Numbered from the stretch's first letter, positions 40,861-54,530 are shown. The stretch: DNA of 64,000 nucleotides from Antechinus flavipes (GCF_016432865.1 NC_067400.1:76570001-76634000); one strand, 5' to 3'. Notes: a model not told the origin generated them from the letters alone. Numbers and translations are program-made.

Positions 40861-42479
40861 AAGCATCATTTATGCATAATTTGCTTCATGTAAATAACAC
40901 TATACCATAATATATTTAAGCTTACGAATAATAAAAAGGTAAGATCAACACAAGATTCTATCTTCTACCTCTAACTTTTCTAAGTAGGGAAAAAAAGGCA
41001 AATTATGTCAAGGGGACAACTACCTAACATTTACTTTATAATGAGTATTGATGACTTAAGACCTAATTTCATTTTCTTTGCTACAAAATCAACTTTTTAA
41101 GCATATGAATTTACAAGTGTCTCAATATTCAAAACCATAGTAACATTTTTATTTTCTTCTGTTAACAACTGACACTGCGTTCACTTGTGGTACTAACATT
41201 CTAATGCAATGGAAATTTAAGTCATCAAACTGTAAAAATCACTTCTCTCTATATTAAATTTTCCCCAGGTGAATAAGTCAACAAAAACAAATGACTACAC
41301 TACCCTTAGTTTCATCACCTATTAGAAGAACACACTGCCAATTAAATTCAGCAAATTTTCAAGGAGAAAAAATGAATTTTTTAAATATTGTTTCAGTTTT
41401 CAAGTACTGTATTTTTTCCTTTAAAAACCTTGATGTCATCTTTTCTTAAAACCAAATTTTTACTTTAATGTTTTAAGAAAAAATGGGAATTTGTGATTAA
41501 GAGTAATGAAAAAAAAATGCATTTTAAGACCCCTTTCATTTACTCCTTAACTATTAAACTATAACCTGATTTGATAGCAAGTTTAGATGTTATAGGAAAA
41601 AAGTGAAATGTAGTTATATTGGGGTTTTCATGTAATCTTTTCCAAGTCACAGGAAGAAACCTAGAATGGTAAGAAGGAATATTTATATGAAGTGAGACAA
41701 AGTAAAGTAAGGATAACCGGGAATATGAAATTTACAGTGGCAAATAGTATAAATGGAAAAAAAAAAAAAGAAAATAAAATCACAAATGAATCTGTAATTT
41801 TATTGACCAAACCTGGTCTCAAAGAAAATAAGATAGAATGCATCTACTTCCCTTTAAAGGGGTGGGGAAGTACAGGTATAGAAGAGAGAATATAATTTCA
41901 CAAGTAAAGTAGGCGCCCCACAAGGAAACTTCTATCAATGTTAATTAAGTAATCCACATTTACAGAAGCCCCTGAAAGATTAAGTGACTGGGAAAAGCAG
42001 GGGAACTTGACCAGCCCTTCACACACAATCTATGTTACTTCCACACCGTCATAACCATAACTTGTAGGCCCAGGTCCCAGAGTTAGTGTCTATCCCATCA
42101 AGAAGATCAGGAAAGATTTCCTATTTAAAAGGTGTGTTGAAAAGAGTTAGACAACTTTAGAGACAAAACACAAAGCAGTCGGGAAGATTAAGAGCTGAAT
42201 ATACACACATGCCCATTTGGACACTCATTTCTAGGTATCATCTTGATTTGGTTTGTCTCTATCTGAATCCTTATTTTCCAGTATTGTTCCCAATCTTGGC
42301 TCCTTATTTTAGAGCATGACATAGAGCTATAAAAATGAAGAGCCAGAGCTGGAAGGGCATTTGAAGGTCATTTAGTCTAGCTTTCTCACTTTTAATGAGA
42401 AAGAAACTGAGGTCTGGAGGTGAAGTGACTTACCCATGGTCATAGACAGCGACACTTGAACCCAAGTTCCTAATTCCAA

Positions 42480-43590
42480 ATCTAAATCCATTATTTTACA
42501 CTTATACATAACTACTTTCCTTGAATCCCATCTCCTCCCTCTCCAATATAGTAACCCAAATGATACACCAGAATAAAGGCCTATATGGACAACTCTGCTG
42601 ATTACATAACTTCCATGGTTTCCCATTACTTCTAGGAGAAACAAGTTGCTCTCCTTGGCATTTATTTAAAAACCAGACACAATCTGGCTTCCAACTTGGC
42701 AATTCAACATTCCATTTCCCATTCACACGCTGTCCCAAGTGCCCCATAGAGCTCCTAGTTCCCTTCAAAGTTTAGCTCTCATGTCTTTTTTCAAGGGGCT
42801 TTTCAGATTCTTCCAGTTGTCTTCTTACCTCCCAGTCAATCTTATTTGTATATTTGCATTTTTTATTTAGTCCACAAGAATTTAAGAGTTTACCATGTAC
42901 TAGGCACCAGAAAGACAAAAATATCATCCAGGCCCTCAAAGAACTGACACTGCCAGGAGCCAAATAACACGCATATATAATAGAAGAGATACATGCAATG
43001 TTTATAGAGGGTAATTTCAGAGAGAAGACATTGGGAGAAAGGGAAGGACCTGACTGAAGTCTTAAAGGAAGTAGAGAAGTATTGAAGAGTAGAATATTGG
43101 GGAAAGGGGAGAAGAGAAAAAAAGTAGTTGTGAAGTATCTATGTGTGAAGAACAGAAAGTAGGTTGGTGTATTTAAACCAGAAAGCTAACTGAAAGGGAA
43201 TAAAGTAGAAGAAGCCTGAAAAGTTAGGAAAAGCTCAGGTGACCCATTTTACATTTGATTCTGAAAGTAATATTAAGTCACTGGAGTTTACTGAGTTGTG
43301 GATGAAAGGTGGATAAGATGGGTCAGATTTGCACTTTAAGGTAGGTAAGTGACTTTGGCATCGGAATGGAAGGTAAGAGGGAATGGCATTAATGGGGTGA
43401 TCCTTGAGGTAGAAAGACCAACTAGCAGACCATGGCAACATTTCAGGCAGGAGGTGGTAAGAACCTGTATCAGGAAAGCAGTTGTAAGAGTGATAGAGTA
43501 AGCAGAGAAACAAGGGAAAGATATGGGAGAGATGCTGTGAAGGGAGAAACCACATGCTGAGTGTCTAGCATACAACTGATATTAATAAAA
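42480..43590. mobile_element. L2 LINE fragments (a plus-strand piece and a reverse piece)
   Basis: Pyrimidine-rich then purine-rich degraded L2 text (cttaatctt..., ggtcagatttgcactttaagg, gtaagaacctgtatcagg); approximate. Confidence 0.5.
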
Positions 43591-45149
43591 GCTTGTGGAC
43601 CGATTACATCTTTACCAATTTGTAAATTAACCTTTGTTTTATTTCATACAGTAAAGCCATCCTTTAAACCATCCTTTTTTAGCAATGATCTAACTATTAT
43701 TGTATACTGAATCAAGTTGGAGGTCAAACAAGTTGTTTTTCAGTTGTGCTCTTTGTGCCCTCAATTGAGGTTTTCTTGGCAAAGATAACTGAAGTAGCTT
43801 ACCAATTCCTTCTTTAGCTCATCTTTGTCATCTTAAGAAATGAAAAAACTAAGGCAAATAGGATGAAGTGACTTGTCCAGGGTCACACATCTATTAAATG
43901 TCTGAGGATAGATTTGAAACGCAGGGAAATGAGTTTTCCTCACCATAGCCCTAGGACTCTATCTACTACCCCACTTTGATACTCCTAATAATGATCAGTT
44001 TTATCAATTCCATATTCAACAGTGGCTCAAATATAAAGCTATTTTTATAAATAACTGAAAAGAGGACACTTAAATGTGTATTTAAAAGCTTATAAAAATG
44101 AATTTGTACACAGTGACAATGTTATATCTTATAACCCCAGGTTTTGACTAAGAGGAAGGAGGTAAATTTTTTCAAGACTAAGAGGTTATCACAATTATTC
44201 AAAGTCTAGCTTTCTTGCAGAGTTGTCTTTGTTTATAATGTGTAGCTATTGTAGTCACTGTGTATATTATTCTTTGGGCTTATGGCTTTGTCTTTAAGGT
44301 TTATGTCACTGTGAGGTAGTTCATATGGAGAATCTCACATTCCTTTGAGTTTCTCATATTTAATCATTAATTATTACACAATAATCTACTGTATTCATAT
44401 GCTCAATGAATGGCTATTCCCCTCTTAACCCTTTTGCCAGTCACTGCAGAAGCAGAATTGATTTTAAAAATCAATTACAAGAATAACAGGAGTTAAAGCA
44501 AAACCATTCAATGAACCTCTACAAATTTAGCTAGTGTATGTAATTAAGGCAAAGTCTCTCACTAGGTTCATATTCAAAGTCTTTCTAGCTTGACAGAATC
44601 TATCCAAGCACATACTACAGTTTTACAGGCCAGAATTCTGTGTCAATTCCATGTCACAAAAGAGTTTCTTAGATGACCTTTTGTGGAAGTACGTTAAGTA
44701 GTAAATATTAATACCATAATGCATAGCACATAACAGTTATACATTATTATACAGAATTCCAATTTAACAGTATAATGAAAAGAATTCTAGCAGAATAGAC
44801 ATAGTGCTCAATTTGTAATCAGGAAAATCTGGGTTCTGTCTTTGAAACTGACCAAATAATTAACCGCAGGAAAGTCACTTACTTATCAATGTCCTAGTAA
44901 TGCCCTAAGATTATTTTAGATTTAATTTTTCAATTAAAATAAATTTTCTTTCCTTCCTACCTTTTCCCCTTGACTGAAAAAAAAAAAAAGTGTACCAAAA
45001 ACAAACATGCACTTTCAAGAAAAACAAATGCACGCACTGAACATGTCCAACAACAAATACGTGTGTTATTCTGCACCCTTAGTCCATCATACAGCCATTC
45101 CCCAAATGATAGGGACTCTCATAGTTTCCAGTACTTTGTTACCATAAAA

Positions 45150-45435
45150 GGAACTGATAAAAATCTCTTAGGCACGTAGAAGTCCATTTCTTCTTTCTTT
45201 GATCTCTTTTGGTGATAGGCTTTGTTGTGGTATTGTTGGATAAAAATTTAGTTGAGTTTAGTAATTTGGGGGGCATAGGTCCAAATTGCTTTCCAGAACA
45301 GAGAGGCCAATTCCTAGCTCCACTTACAGTACATTTTTCTGAAGCCTCTCTATTGTGTGCCACTTTCTTTTTTTGGTCAACTTTGCCAATCTGATGGGTC
45401 AAAGGCAGAACCTCAAGAGTGGCTTTAAATACTCT
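45150..45435 (-). mobile_element. Old L1 ORF2 C-terminal fragment
   Basis: Reverse-complement L1 text (ccaaattgctttccagaa...tttgccaatctgatggg...gaacctcaagagtgg); explains ORF 45139..45522. Similar pieces at ~44170-44420 and ~47620-47945. Confidence 0.6.
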
Positions 45436-46729
45436 AAGCCCATTGCAGAAGTAAATATTGTACTCTGTACTCAGGAAGTACAGGGAGATGGAATCTCTTA
45501 CATCAAAGAAATCACAGGTCAAAATTTCCCTCTTATCCTATGACAATCCCTAAATATATATGAGGTGGTAAGTCAGTCTGAATTATAGATTGTTTTTAAA
45601 ATAAATCATAGGCTCCTAAAATTTTTAAAAGCTGAAGATAACCTTAGAGTTTATTTAGACCAATTGGAGTCAGAAAGCTATCTAGCTAGAAAAGATATAT
45701 AACATAAATCTCAGCCCAGCAGGAATGCTCAAAATCCCAAATTAATGGGTCTAAGTTAAAAAGAAGGATTACTATGTAAGATATTTGTTTAACAAAGGTA
45801 ATTAGTATGGTATGCTATAGCTAAATCTAGATTATTAATAAGTAGGAAATGGACACCTTGTTTTAACTACTACTTGATTAGCCCAAGTAAAGAAAAGACA
45901 AAAGATGAAATTGATTCTTGCTCCCCCCCCCCCAATATAGAACCAAAGGATTTCAAACTGCTGTTTTTCAATTTCTGAACTATTATTTAGAATTAAAAAA
46001 TTTCCTCTCTGTTAGTACCCTGTAGTAATGGTAGTATGCTATATCCTAATACCTATTTGATATAAATAAATCTGTATCAGAGCTAGTAAATATATTACAG
46101 CTTAAGAAACAAGGCAGTTTAAATTAAATTAAATGCAGGTAACATTCACTATCTATAGTATGTAAATACTATATTATACTATACTACTTCTGGTATAGAA
46201 ATTTCCCTGAATTGTCTTGAAAATGGACTATAACATTAAAATAAATCATAAATTAACTTTCTCACTTTATTCAGTTTTCACAAAACACTCCTTTAATGCT
46301 TGTGCATGTTGATTATCTCCAATTTATCCTGCATATCTTACTGTGAACAGTCTTTTCATGTTGACTTCTTCATTAAATTGTGAGCTCTAGGAAGGCAAGA
46401 ATTAGTCTTCTCGTTAGACACAATAGGTGCTTAATAAATGCTGACTCCACTTGGGCAAATGACTCTCAGAGCTCTATATCCTCAACTAATTACTTTCCAC
46501 AGTTCTAGTTCCATCACCAATTGAACATTTCCTACTGACTGTCATATAGCAAATTCCCTGCTTCTCACAAATGTGCAGCCTGAACCGAATCAAAATGTAA
46601 ATGAGAAATGTTTAAGTGAAAATACAATAAAACATAGACTTTTTTTTTTTTCCATGTCAACATGCAGCCTGCAGGGGTTTGTTTTCTGTCTAGATTTGAA
46701 ACTACTGCTGCAGGCATATCAAAACCAAC

Positions 46730-47345
46730 AAATCCAAAGCAGAATTCATTATTTTCCCCTTAAAACTTTACTATTCTATCTAACTTCTCTCCTTTTGAGG
46801 ATAACATCTTTCTTTCGGTTACTTACGAGTTGCAACCCTGAAAACATACTTGGTTCTTCAATTTTCCTCATTTCTTATATTCAATTAACTCAAATCCTAT
46901 CAATTCTCCACAGAATCTCTTGCAACTGTATTTTTTTCCACACTCACAATCACCATCCTTGTCCAAGTCCTTATAACCTGAAATGAATACATGCTGCAAA
47001 ACCTTCCTAATATTAGGGCCTCATTTTACCTAGCTTTTCAATTTTACCTGCATACATCTGTCAGGTTCTAAGCCACAGGACTCAATGATACATATTATTC
47101 TGCTTAAAAAATCCCAATGACCCCCTATTGCCTATAGAATAAAATTCCTTTCTGGCATTTCAAGCCCTTCACAAGAGTTGGGCCATGCCATCCTCTGTAC
47201 TCAGTTTTCCCCCCCATGCCTAGAACACACTTAGTTCTCACCCAACTTCTCAAGAATTTTTGGTTCCCTTCAAAACTCAGCTCAAATGCTACCTCCTGAG
47301 ACCTCTCCTGTAACCCCATCCACTCCAATTATTTAATGCATACAT
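46730..47345 (+). mobile_element. L2 LINE 3' fragment
   Basis: caactcatcatttcccct-like and aatgaccccctattgcctatagaataaaatt...ttcaaaactcagctcaaatgctacctcctg motifs typical of L2. Confidence 0.6.
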
Positions 47346-48338
47346 ATCTTTACTTATCTTCATCCTCCCCTCAATTTATCCCTCAAAAATGTAAAGTTTC
47401 TTAAGGGAGTTTTATCATTTGTCACTTCCCCATCTCCTTCCTCTTCTCCACCAAAAAAAAATAACTGGTCCTTCTAACAAAAAATTAATGGACAACCTAA
47501 TCTGGTAGTATAGGAGCATTTTGCACTGGTGTGACCTCCCGCATCTTTACCAAGTAAGGGATATATTTCCTCTGAAATTAATATTAATGCATTTAACCTC
47601 AATTCAACTGCCAATTAATGCTGTTTTCCTTCATATTACTGTAGTCACTGTATATCGTTATCTTGGCCTGTTCTCTTTATTCTGCAATTAGTTTATAGAA
47701 CTTCTCCCACACTATAATAAAGAATTATGATGATCATTTTGTTACACATGGAATCTATCTCTGCCCTTTTGTGGGAACATGCCCAGGGGTAGAATTGCAG
47801 GGTCAAAAGATAAGAACTTTTCCCTATAATTTCAAATGATTTTTCCTGAATTGTGCTAATATACATACATACCAACAGAGCATTAACCTGTTTCCCCACA
47901 AACCTTCAAATACTACTTCTGTCATTTATTATTTTTGCAATTTGACACTATCTTTTAATGTCCAGCTCAAACATAGTCCTCTCCAAGACATTTTTCGTAA
48001 GTCCCAATGATAGCCTTTTCTACCCTGAACTTTGCAAATCACTTTCTTATGATATCCCTATAATAAACCAACTTCACTAAGTGTTAGGACCTTAAACTCT
48101 ATGTAGAGTAGGGCTCAATGTTTATTTGATCCATTTATTACAGAACTGACCACAATCAATGTTCAGCAAATGTTCGATTTATCTAAAACCTCTACTTCAC
48201 TAAACCACATAACTTAGGGTATAGCCCATAGCAGGTATTTAATAAAAACTAATTGAACTGAATTCACTGTTGAAAATAAGGACAACTGAACAAATGTGAA
48301 AAATGCACAGTAAGATCATATTAAGACAATTCCATTTT

Positions 48339-48487
48339 GGGGGCAGCTAGATGGTGCAATGGATAGAGTGCTGGCCCTGAAATCAAGAGGACCTGAGTTC
48401 AAATCTGACCTCAGACACTTAATACTTCCTAGCTGTGTGACCCCAAGTAAGTCACTTAACCTCAAATGCCTCAGCAAAAAAGAAATA
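48339..48487 (+). mobile_element. WSINE1-like SINE, full length, with 16-bp TSD
   Basis: gggggcagctagatggtgcaatggatagagtgctggccctgaaatcaagaggacctgagttcaaatctgacctcagacacttaa...A tail; TSD AAGACAATTCCATTTT (48323-48338) / AAGAAAATCCCATTTT (48488-48503), 14/16. Confidence 0.88.
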
Positions 48488-49419
48488 AAGAAAATCCCAT
48501 TTTTGTAAAAATTTGATATAATTTCTTTCCCCATGTCCTTAGTCTTTATTGAAAACTATTTTAACTTAGGAGTTCAAGATCTTTTTTGAAATGTGTAGTC
48601 TACTTAAATAAGTCTACCCAAGTACAATGCCTTCATTTTAAAATCTAAAATAAGAATAATTATGTTCAATTGTACATTTAAAAGCAATTTTAAAAAGCTA
48701 CTGATAGTTATTTTAGATATTTTTAATGAGACAAAAGATCGCTTTTCTAAAATCCACTAGACATTTTCCAGTTATTTAACTGCAGAGATTATAACACTAA
48801 TCCATGCCCATTCTGTTTTGGATAACCACAATCAATAGTTATATCTTGCTTTTTCATTCATTCTTCCAAGGAGGAAACTAAATAATCAAAATATAATTTT
48901 CTAAAATCACTAGGCCAAAAACATGATACTCTGGCCAAGAAACTTCATAGATGCTCTATCAACCTTTCAACTCAATCTTCCTAGTTAGGGTGTATCCACA
49001 ATCCTATGAGAACTGTACAATAAACCTTTTCAACTTGGCAGGACCCACCCAAGCTTGAGTTTGGTTGGCATAGCCTTTTAAAACCTCAGATTCACTTTGG
49101 GGTTTTAATAGAGATTCTTCTCTCTATCATATTTTAAATACCTATTAGATTTAAAATTTCTTAGGGCAAAAATTGATTTTATCATTGTATTCCCAACATA
49201 TCTAACATGGCACCTTAGGGAATCAGGTTTCTTTATTACATTTTCTTTTCAGATAAATTGGTTTGGTGGAGGAGACATTTTGCAAAAACACCTCAAACTT
49301 TCATCTACTTGACACATACTGGGAACAAAATTTAAATGTGCAAAGGGCAAAAAAAGCTGGTCATTTTGTGTTTTAGTAGAAAGGCATAGGAAATACATAA
49401 TTTCCATTCTTCCATAAAC

Positions 49420-50830
49420 ATTAAATCTGGCTAATGAGTTACACACTGATAAATGCAGAGGGATAGTACAACAAAAATGAAACCATTCCTGCTCTAAGAG
49501 GAGTTTATATGTTATAAAAAGAGGAAGTGGCTACAAAGAAAAGTAAAATTCAAGGTAAAATGATGAGGAACATTAACCAACTAACAAACAATGAGATTCA
49601 TATTAAGTATTCAGAGGCAATAGTGACCAGAGGAATTCGAAAGCAGATGAAGATGCAGAGAAGTAGATGTTAGAATGTTCTCTAGGCTAGAGGAAAGAAG
49701 TAAAGGGAATTTGTTAGAAGGCAGAGAAACAAGAGATAAGACTCCAAGAGAGTTCAGGAAGCAACTTAACAGGGAAGGAGTAGTCTAGATTTACAAGAAG
49801 GGGAGAGTAAGGTGAAGTCAAAAGAAACGGGAAAGGCAAGTTGAAACCAAATTAGAAAAGGCTTTAAATTGCAGATGAAGAGTTTGCATTTCACCCTAGA
49901 AATAATAAGGAATCACTTAAAATTTATGACCAAGGGAGTGACAGGGTCAGACATGTAACATAGGAAGACTATTTGGCAGTAGTGTAGAAAAGAACTTGTT
50001 AGAAGGCCCAGATGGGGCATGAAGGTCTGAGTTAAGGCTGCTACAGAAGTAAAGATAGAGGAATCAGGCAAGACAAATGGATTTTCCTAGATTCTAGAAC
50101 CACACAAACAGGATTTTCTGTAGTTAAGAGCCTAGATGATGGTACCCTAAACAGAAACAGGTTAAGTTTGGAGGTGGATCAGGGTAAATAACAGTAACTT
50201 TCATTTATAGAGCGCTTTTAAGGTTTGCAAAGTGCTTTAAAGTCTTATTTCATTCTATCCTCACAACAAACCTGGAAGACAATACTATTACTGTCCCCAT
50301 TTTACAGATGAGGAACTTGGGTCTTCCTGATTCCAGATCCAATGTTCTATCCACAGCACTTCAACCTCACTGCCCTTTTTCAGCAGGGACTGGCTTTTCT
50401 GCCTTTCTTTTTTCACTATCGGCACTTAGAAGGTTCTTAATAATGCTAGCAAGCTGAATGAATGAAGAGGATGATTTTGGGGCATGTTGAATTTGAGATG
50501 CCAATGGACATACAGCGATGGCAGTATCTAACAAGCAGCTGACAATGCATGATGGGAATTCTGTAGAATAGAGTAGGGGTCTTTAAACTTTTTAAATAGG
50601 GAGTCAGTTCACTGTCCCTCAGACTGTTGGAGGGCCGGACTATCATAAAAACAAAAACTTTGTTTTGTGGGCCTTGAAATAAAGAAACTTCATAGCCCTG
50701 GGTGAAAGGGATAATCGTCTCAGCTGCCGCATCTGGCCCGTGGGCCGTAGTTTGAGGACCCCTGGACTAGAGTTTTACAAGTTATCTATAATGCAATGAA
50801 GATGAGATCAAGAGGGAGGATCTATAAAGA
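49420..50830 (-). mobile_element. Fragmented L2 (reverse) with nested MIR pieces and the OC1 MITE
   Basis: Purine-rich L2 text (gggagtgacagggtcagac, ggggcatgttgaatttgagatgcc) resumes on both sides of the MITE. Confidence 0.55.
50574..50764 (+). mobile_element. Non-autonomous hAT MITE, OC1-type, copy 2 (intron 1), inserted in an old L2
   Basis: 191 bp; TAGGGGTCTTTAAACT ... AGTTTGAGGACCCCTG; TSD GAATAGAG (50566-50573) / GACTAGAG (50765-50772), 7/8 match; ~18 differences from copy 1 by manual alignment (~90% identity). Confidence 0.85.
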
Positions 50831-51433
50831 AGGAAACAAGTTATCTTTTATTTAGTCACTAGACATACAGGAAGATGGTGACTTGTACATTTTTCTTTCT
50901 GATGGCTCTAGTTCAGGAAAAGGAGACAAGACTTTTCCTGCCTTGCCTATAACCTCCATGGGGGATAGCACTTTTAACACTTTTCCCTCCCCTCATATTT
51001 TTTCTCTAAAAACAAAGAGTTTTGTAATCTCTGAAACACTACAATGTAAATAAATGCAAGACAAAGTTTGTTACTTACTGCAACTTTATGCATACCCTTT
51101 CAAAATCAAATTAACTAGCATTATAAGATTTATAAGATGTAAAGTACACTTTTCAAATATTTCAGTCTTCTCTAAGCTGTCATCACGAGATGTGGAAGAG
51201 CTAAAAGATATTTAAACACTGAATTTGTGAGGATTTTAAAAAAAACCTCAAATCTCATTTTGCTTTTTGTGACTAAAGGCTACTTATACTGAAAAGTGTG
51301 AACTCATGGTAAAAAAAAAAATGCCCAACAACATTGTTATTTTTCTTTTTTGTTCAACAGCTGCTTAGAATACTAGATTATCAGAAAAAGCATTTATAAC
51401 TTTTAGCTCTTTTTCCTTTAAAAATTACAAGAT

Positions 51434-51687
51434 CCTTTCCCCTTTTGCTCTGATTTTTCTCTCCCAACATAATTCATAAAACAAAGTGTATTTTATTTAA
51501 CATGTATAAGACTGCCTGCCATTTAGGGGAGAGGGTGGAGGGAAGGGAAAACTCAGAATAGAAGTGAGTGCAAGGGATAATGTTGTAAAAAAAAAATTAC
51601 CCATGCATATGTACTATCAATAAAAAGTTATAATAAAAATAAAAATTAAAAAAACAAAGTGTATTAAAAATAAAAATTTTTAAATAA
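51434..51687 (+). mobile_element. Nested L1 3' ends: inner element 51493-51650 inside an older L1-type tail
   Basis: Inner TSD AAAACAAAGTGTATT (51478-51492 / 51651-51665); outer TSD AAAATTACAAGAT / AAAACTACAAGAT (51421-51433 / 51688-51700). An uninterrupted relative of the outer tail lies at ~59930-60030. Confidence 0.8.
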
Positions 51688-52447
51688 AAAACTACAAGAT
51701 TCCAAGATTTCTATCATTACTAATCTCAAAGTCATCAAATGCAAAATTATTAAATTCATGTAAGCTCATAAGTCTCGCATGACAATGTATATACTATCAG
51801 TGATATTTTTACGACACTGAGATAAAAAGAAAAACTAGTGGTTAAAAGAACAGAAGAAAAATTATAGAAAGTTCAGGGCATACATATGAAATACTATCTC
51901 TTTAAAAGAAACAAAGTGGCATTCAAAGAATGAATTGGGATAAACAATAATTGTAGTATTTATGTTAACACTTTACAGTTACAAAATACTTTCAATTACA
52001 TTTATTTTATTTATTCTTCCAAGAAACCCTGTGGCATAACTCTGGAAAGTATTAGAAAGGAGCTAAAAAGGGGTAAGAAAGATAAGACATCTTTGTTGAA
52101 ATGTGCCACAACTTCTACTAGGGAATTATTTCACAAACTTCATTTTCTACCTGAAGAAATTGGAGCTCATGAAGATTTACATTTGGTTTATGGTCCCAGA
52201 GCTAAATCTCAACATAATAGAATTTTTCATCACAAAAAAGAATATTGATGTATTTGATAGCATAATTCTCTCAGTTTCAATTTTAGTTTTCAAGGACACA
52301 GATCATTTAAAAATAAGGTGAAAAAATTTAAAATGTTGAGGGAAATGTACACATTTTTTATGTGTGGCTTCGATTTTGTATCTATGGAGATTAAAGGACA
52401 ACTCAAAAATCAAGTGTACTGGACAAGAATTGAAGTAGGTAAGTTTT

Positions 52448-53299
52448 TGGAACCTTTCCCAGTAAGATCTGGAGTGAAGCAAGGTTGCCCACTATCACCA
52501 TTATTATTCAATATTGTATTAGAAACACTAGCCTCTGCAATAAGAGTCGAGAAAGAGATTAAAGGAATTAGAGTAGGCAATGAGGAAACCAAACTATCAC
52601 TCTTTGCAGATGATATGATGGTATACCTAGAGAACCCCAGAGATTCTACTAAAAAGCTATTAGAAATAATTCATAATTTTAGCAAAGTAGCAGGATACAA
52701 AATAAATCCTCATAAATCCTCAGCATTTTTATACACCACCAACAAAATCCAAGAGCAAGAGATACAAAGAGAAATTCCATTCAAAATAACTGTTGATACC
52801 ATAAAATATTTGGGAATCTACCTACCAAAAGAAAGTCAGGAATTATTTGAGCAAAATTACAAAAAAGTTTCCACACAAATAAAGTCAGACTTAAATAATT
52901 GGAAAAATATTAAGTGTTCTTGGATAGGCCGAGCGAATATAATAAAGATGACAATACTCCCTAAACTAATCTATTTATTTAGTGCTATACCAATCAGACT
53001 TCCAAGAAAATATTTTAATGATTTAGAAAAAATAACAACAAAATTCATATGGAACAATAAAAAGTCGAGAATCTCAAGGGAATTAATGAAAAAAAATCAA
53101 ATGAAGGTGGTCTAGCTGTACCTGATCTAAAATTATATTATAAAGCAGCAGTCACCAAAACCATTTGGTATTGGTTAAGAAATAGATTAGTTGATCAGTG
53201 GAAAAGGTTAGGTTCACAAGACAGAATAGTCAACTACAGCAATCTAGTGTTTGACAAACCCAAAGATTCTAACTTTTGGGATAAGATTTCATTATTTGA
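52448..53299 (+). mobile_element. LINE-1 ORF2 internal fragment (C-terminal reverse transcriptase and downstream region)
   Basis: Translation [24 protein letters not shown]...[15 protein letters not shown]...KYLGI...[25 protein letters not shown] is diagnostic of L1 RT. One frameshift in an A8 run (53089-53096); the shifted frame continues [24 protein letters not shown]...FDKPKD. Confidence 0.95.
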
Positions 53300-53454
53300 A
53301 ATAGCTAAGTTTTTCTCATCACTTTTGGACAATTGATTAAAAGTCAAAAAACTAATTTAGTTTCAAGAAAGTCAGATATAGATGAAAACAATTTCAACAG
53401 TCCTTGTTGAAGGACTTAAGACCTTCTAGGCAGAGGCTTTGCTTTTCTCTAGTC

Positions 53455-54530
53455 TGCTCACTTGGCTCTGCAGGGCGGTGGATGGGGTACCAGGCATGAT
53501 GGAGTTCAAACCCAGTCTCAGATGCTTAATTAGCTATAATGGGACCCTGTGAAGTCCCATCACTTCAGTTTACCTTGGTTCCTTCTCTATAAAAAGGACA
53601 TACTAACAGCAGCTATATCCCAGGATCAAATAAAGACATGTGCAAAAAATTTAGCTTAAAGCCTTGCACACAGTAAGCACCATATGAAGTTAACCATGAA
53701 TATCAATAATCACTAATGATTGATTATTCAATCAATGATTAATTGACTAGGTGGTACAGTGGGTCTGGAATCAAAGACTCCTCTTTCCAATTTTAGATCC
53801 AACCTCACACACTTACTAGCTGTCCAATTGTCCAATTGGACATTACCTGTCCAAGTCAATATACTCTGTCTTGGTTTCTCATCTGCAAAATGAGCTGGAG
53901 TACCTTAGGTACTTTTGCAAATGGGATCAAGAAGAGTTGATCATGACTCAAATGACTAAACAACAATAATTTACATACCAGTACTTTTACATGGGCACAA
54001 TGGGTCAGAACTTTGCCTTGCTGTGATTTGCCTTATCTTGAGTGGCCATCTCAAAGCACATTTCTTGTTTTTTTCAGTCATTTGAGCCTTGTCTGCCTTC
54101 TTTAGTGGCCAAGATTACATAGTTAACAATGAAAGGAATACAATGCAAACACAAATCTTTTGACTCCAAGGACAATGGCCAGAAAAGGTACTGGACCTAG
54201 GATTTCCAGGGAACTCCCTGAGTGAGGAAACCCCTTCTACTAATGAAGGTTAGCACCTCCTCTGCAAATGCCAGGATTTGTCTGAAGCAAGATCTCTCTG
54301 AAGATTTGTCTGAAGCCAGCTGATCTATTTACTCTGCCCCTCTCTGCTACCACAGACACACCTGATGAAGCACCTTTCTCTATATAAGCAAGTAGATGTC
54401 TTCTTTACAAATCTTAAAAACTCCCTGAAGCACTGACAGGTCGGTCACTGAGCCAGCAAGGATCACAGCTGGCATTTGAACCCACCTCTTCCTAATGTAT
54501 AAGGCCAGCTCTCCAGCCACTGTGCCATAT
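53455..54530. mobile_element. Cluster of marsupial SINEs (MAR1/MIR, RTE-tailed, WALLSI-like)
   Basis: ggagttcaaacccagtctcagatg; catgactcaaatgactaaacaacaa (RTE tail); actccctgagtgaggaaaccccttctactaatg; approximate. Confidence 0.55.

Noticed and set aside
52318-53115. 265-aa ORF as a host gene or functional reverse transcriptase
   Set aside because: The first ~43 codons are chance read-through from flanking DNA. The rest is a partial L1 ORF2 lacking the endonuclease, the N-terminal RT and a promoter.
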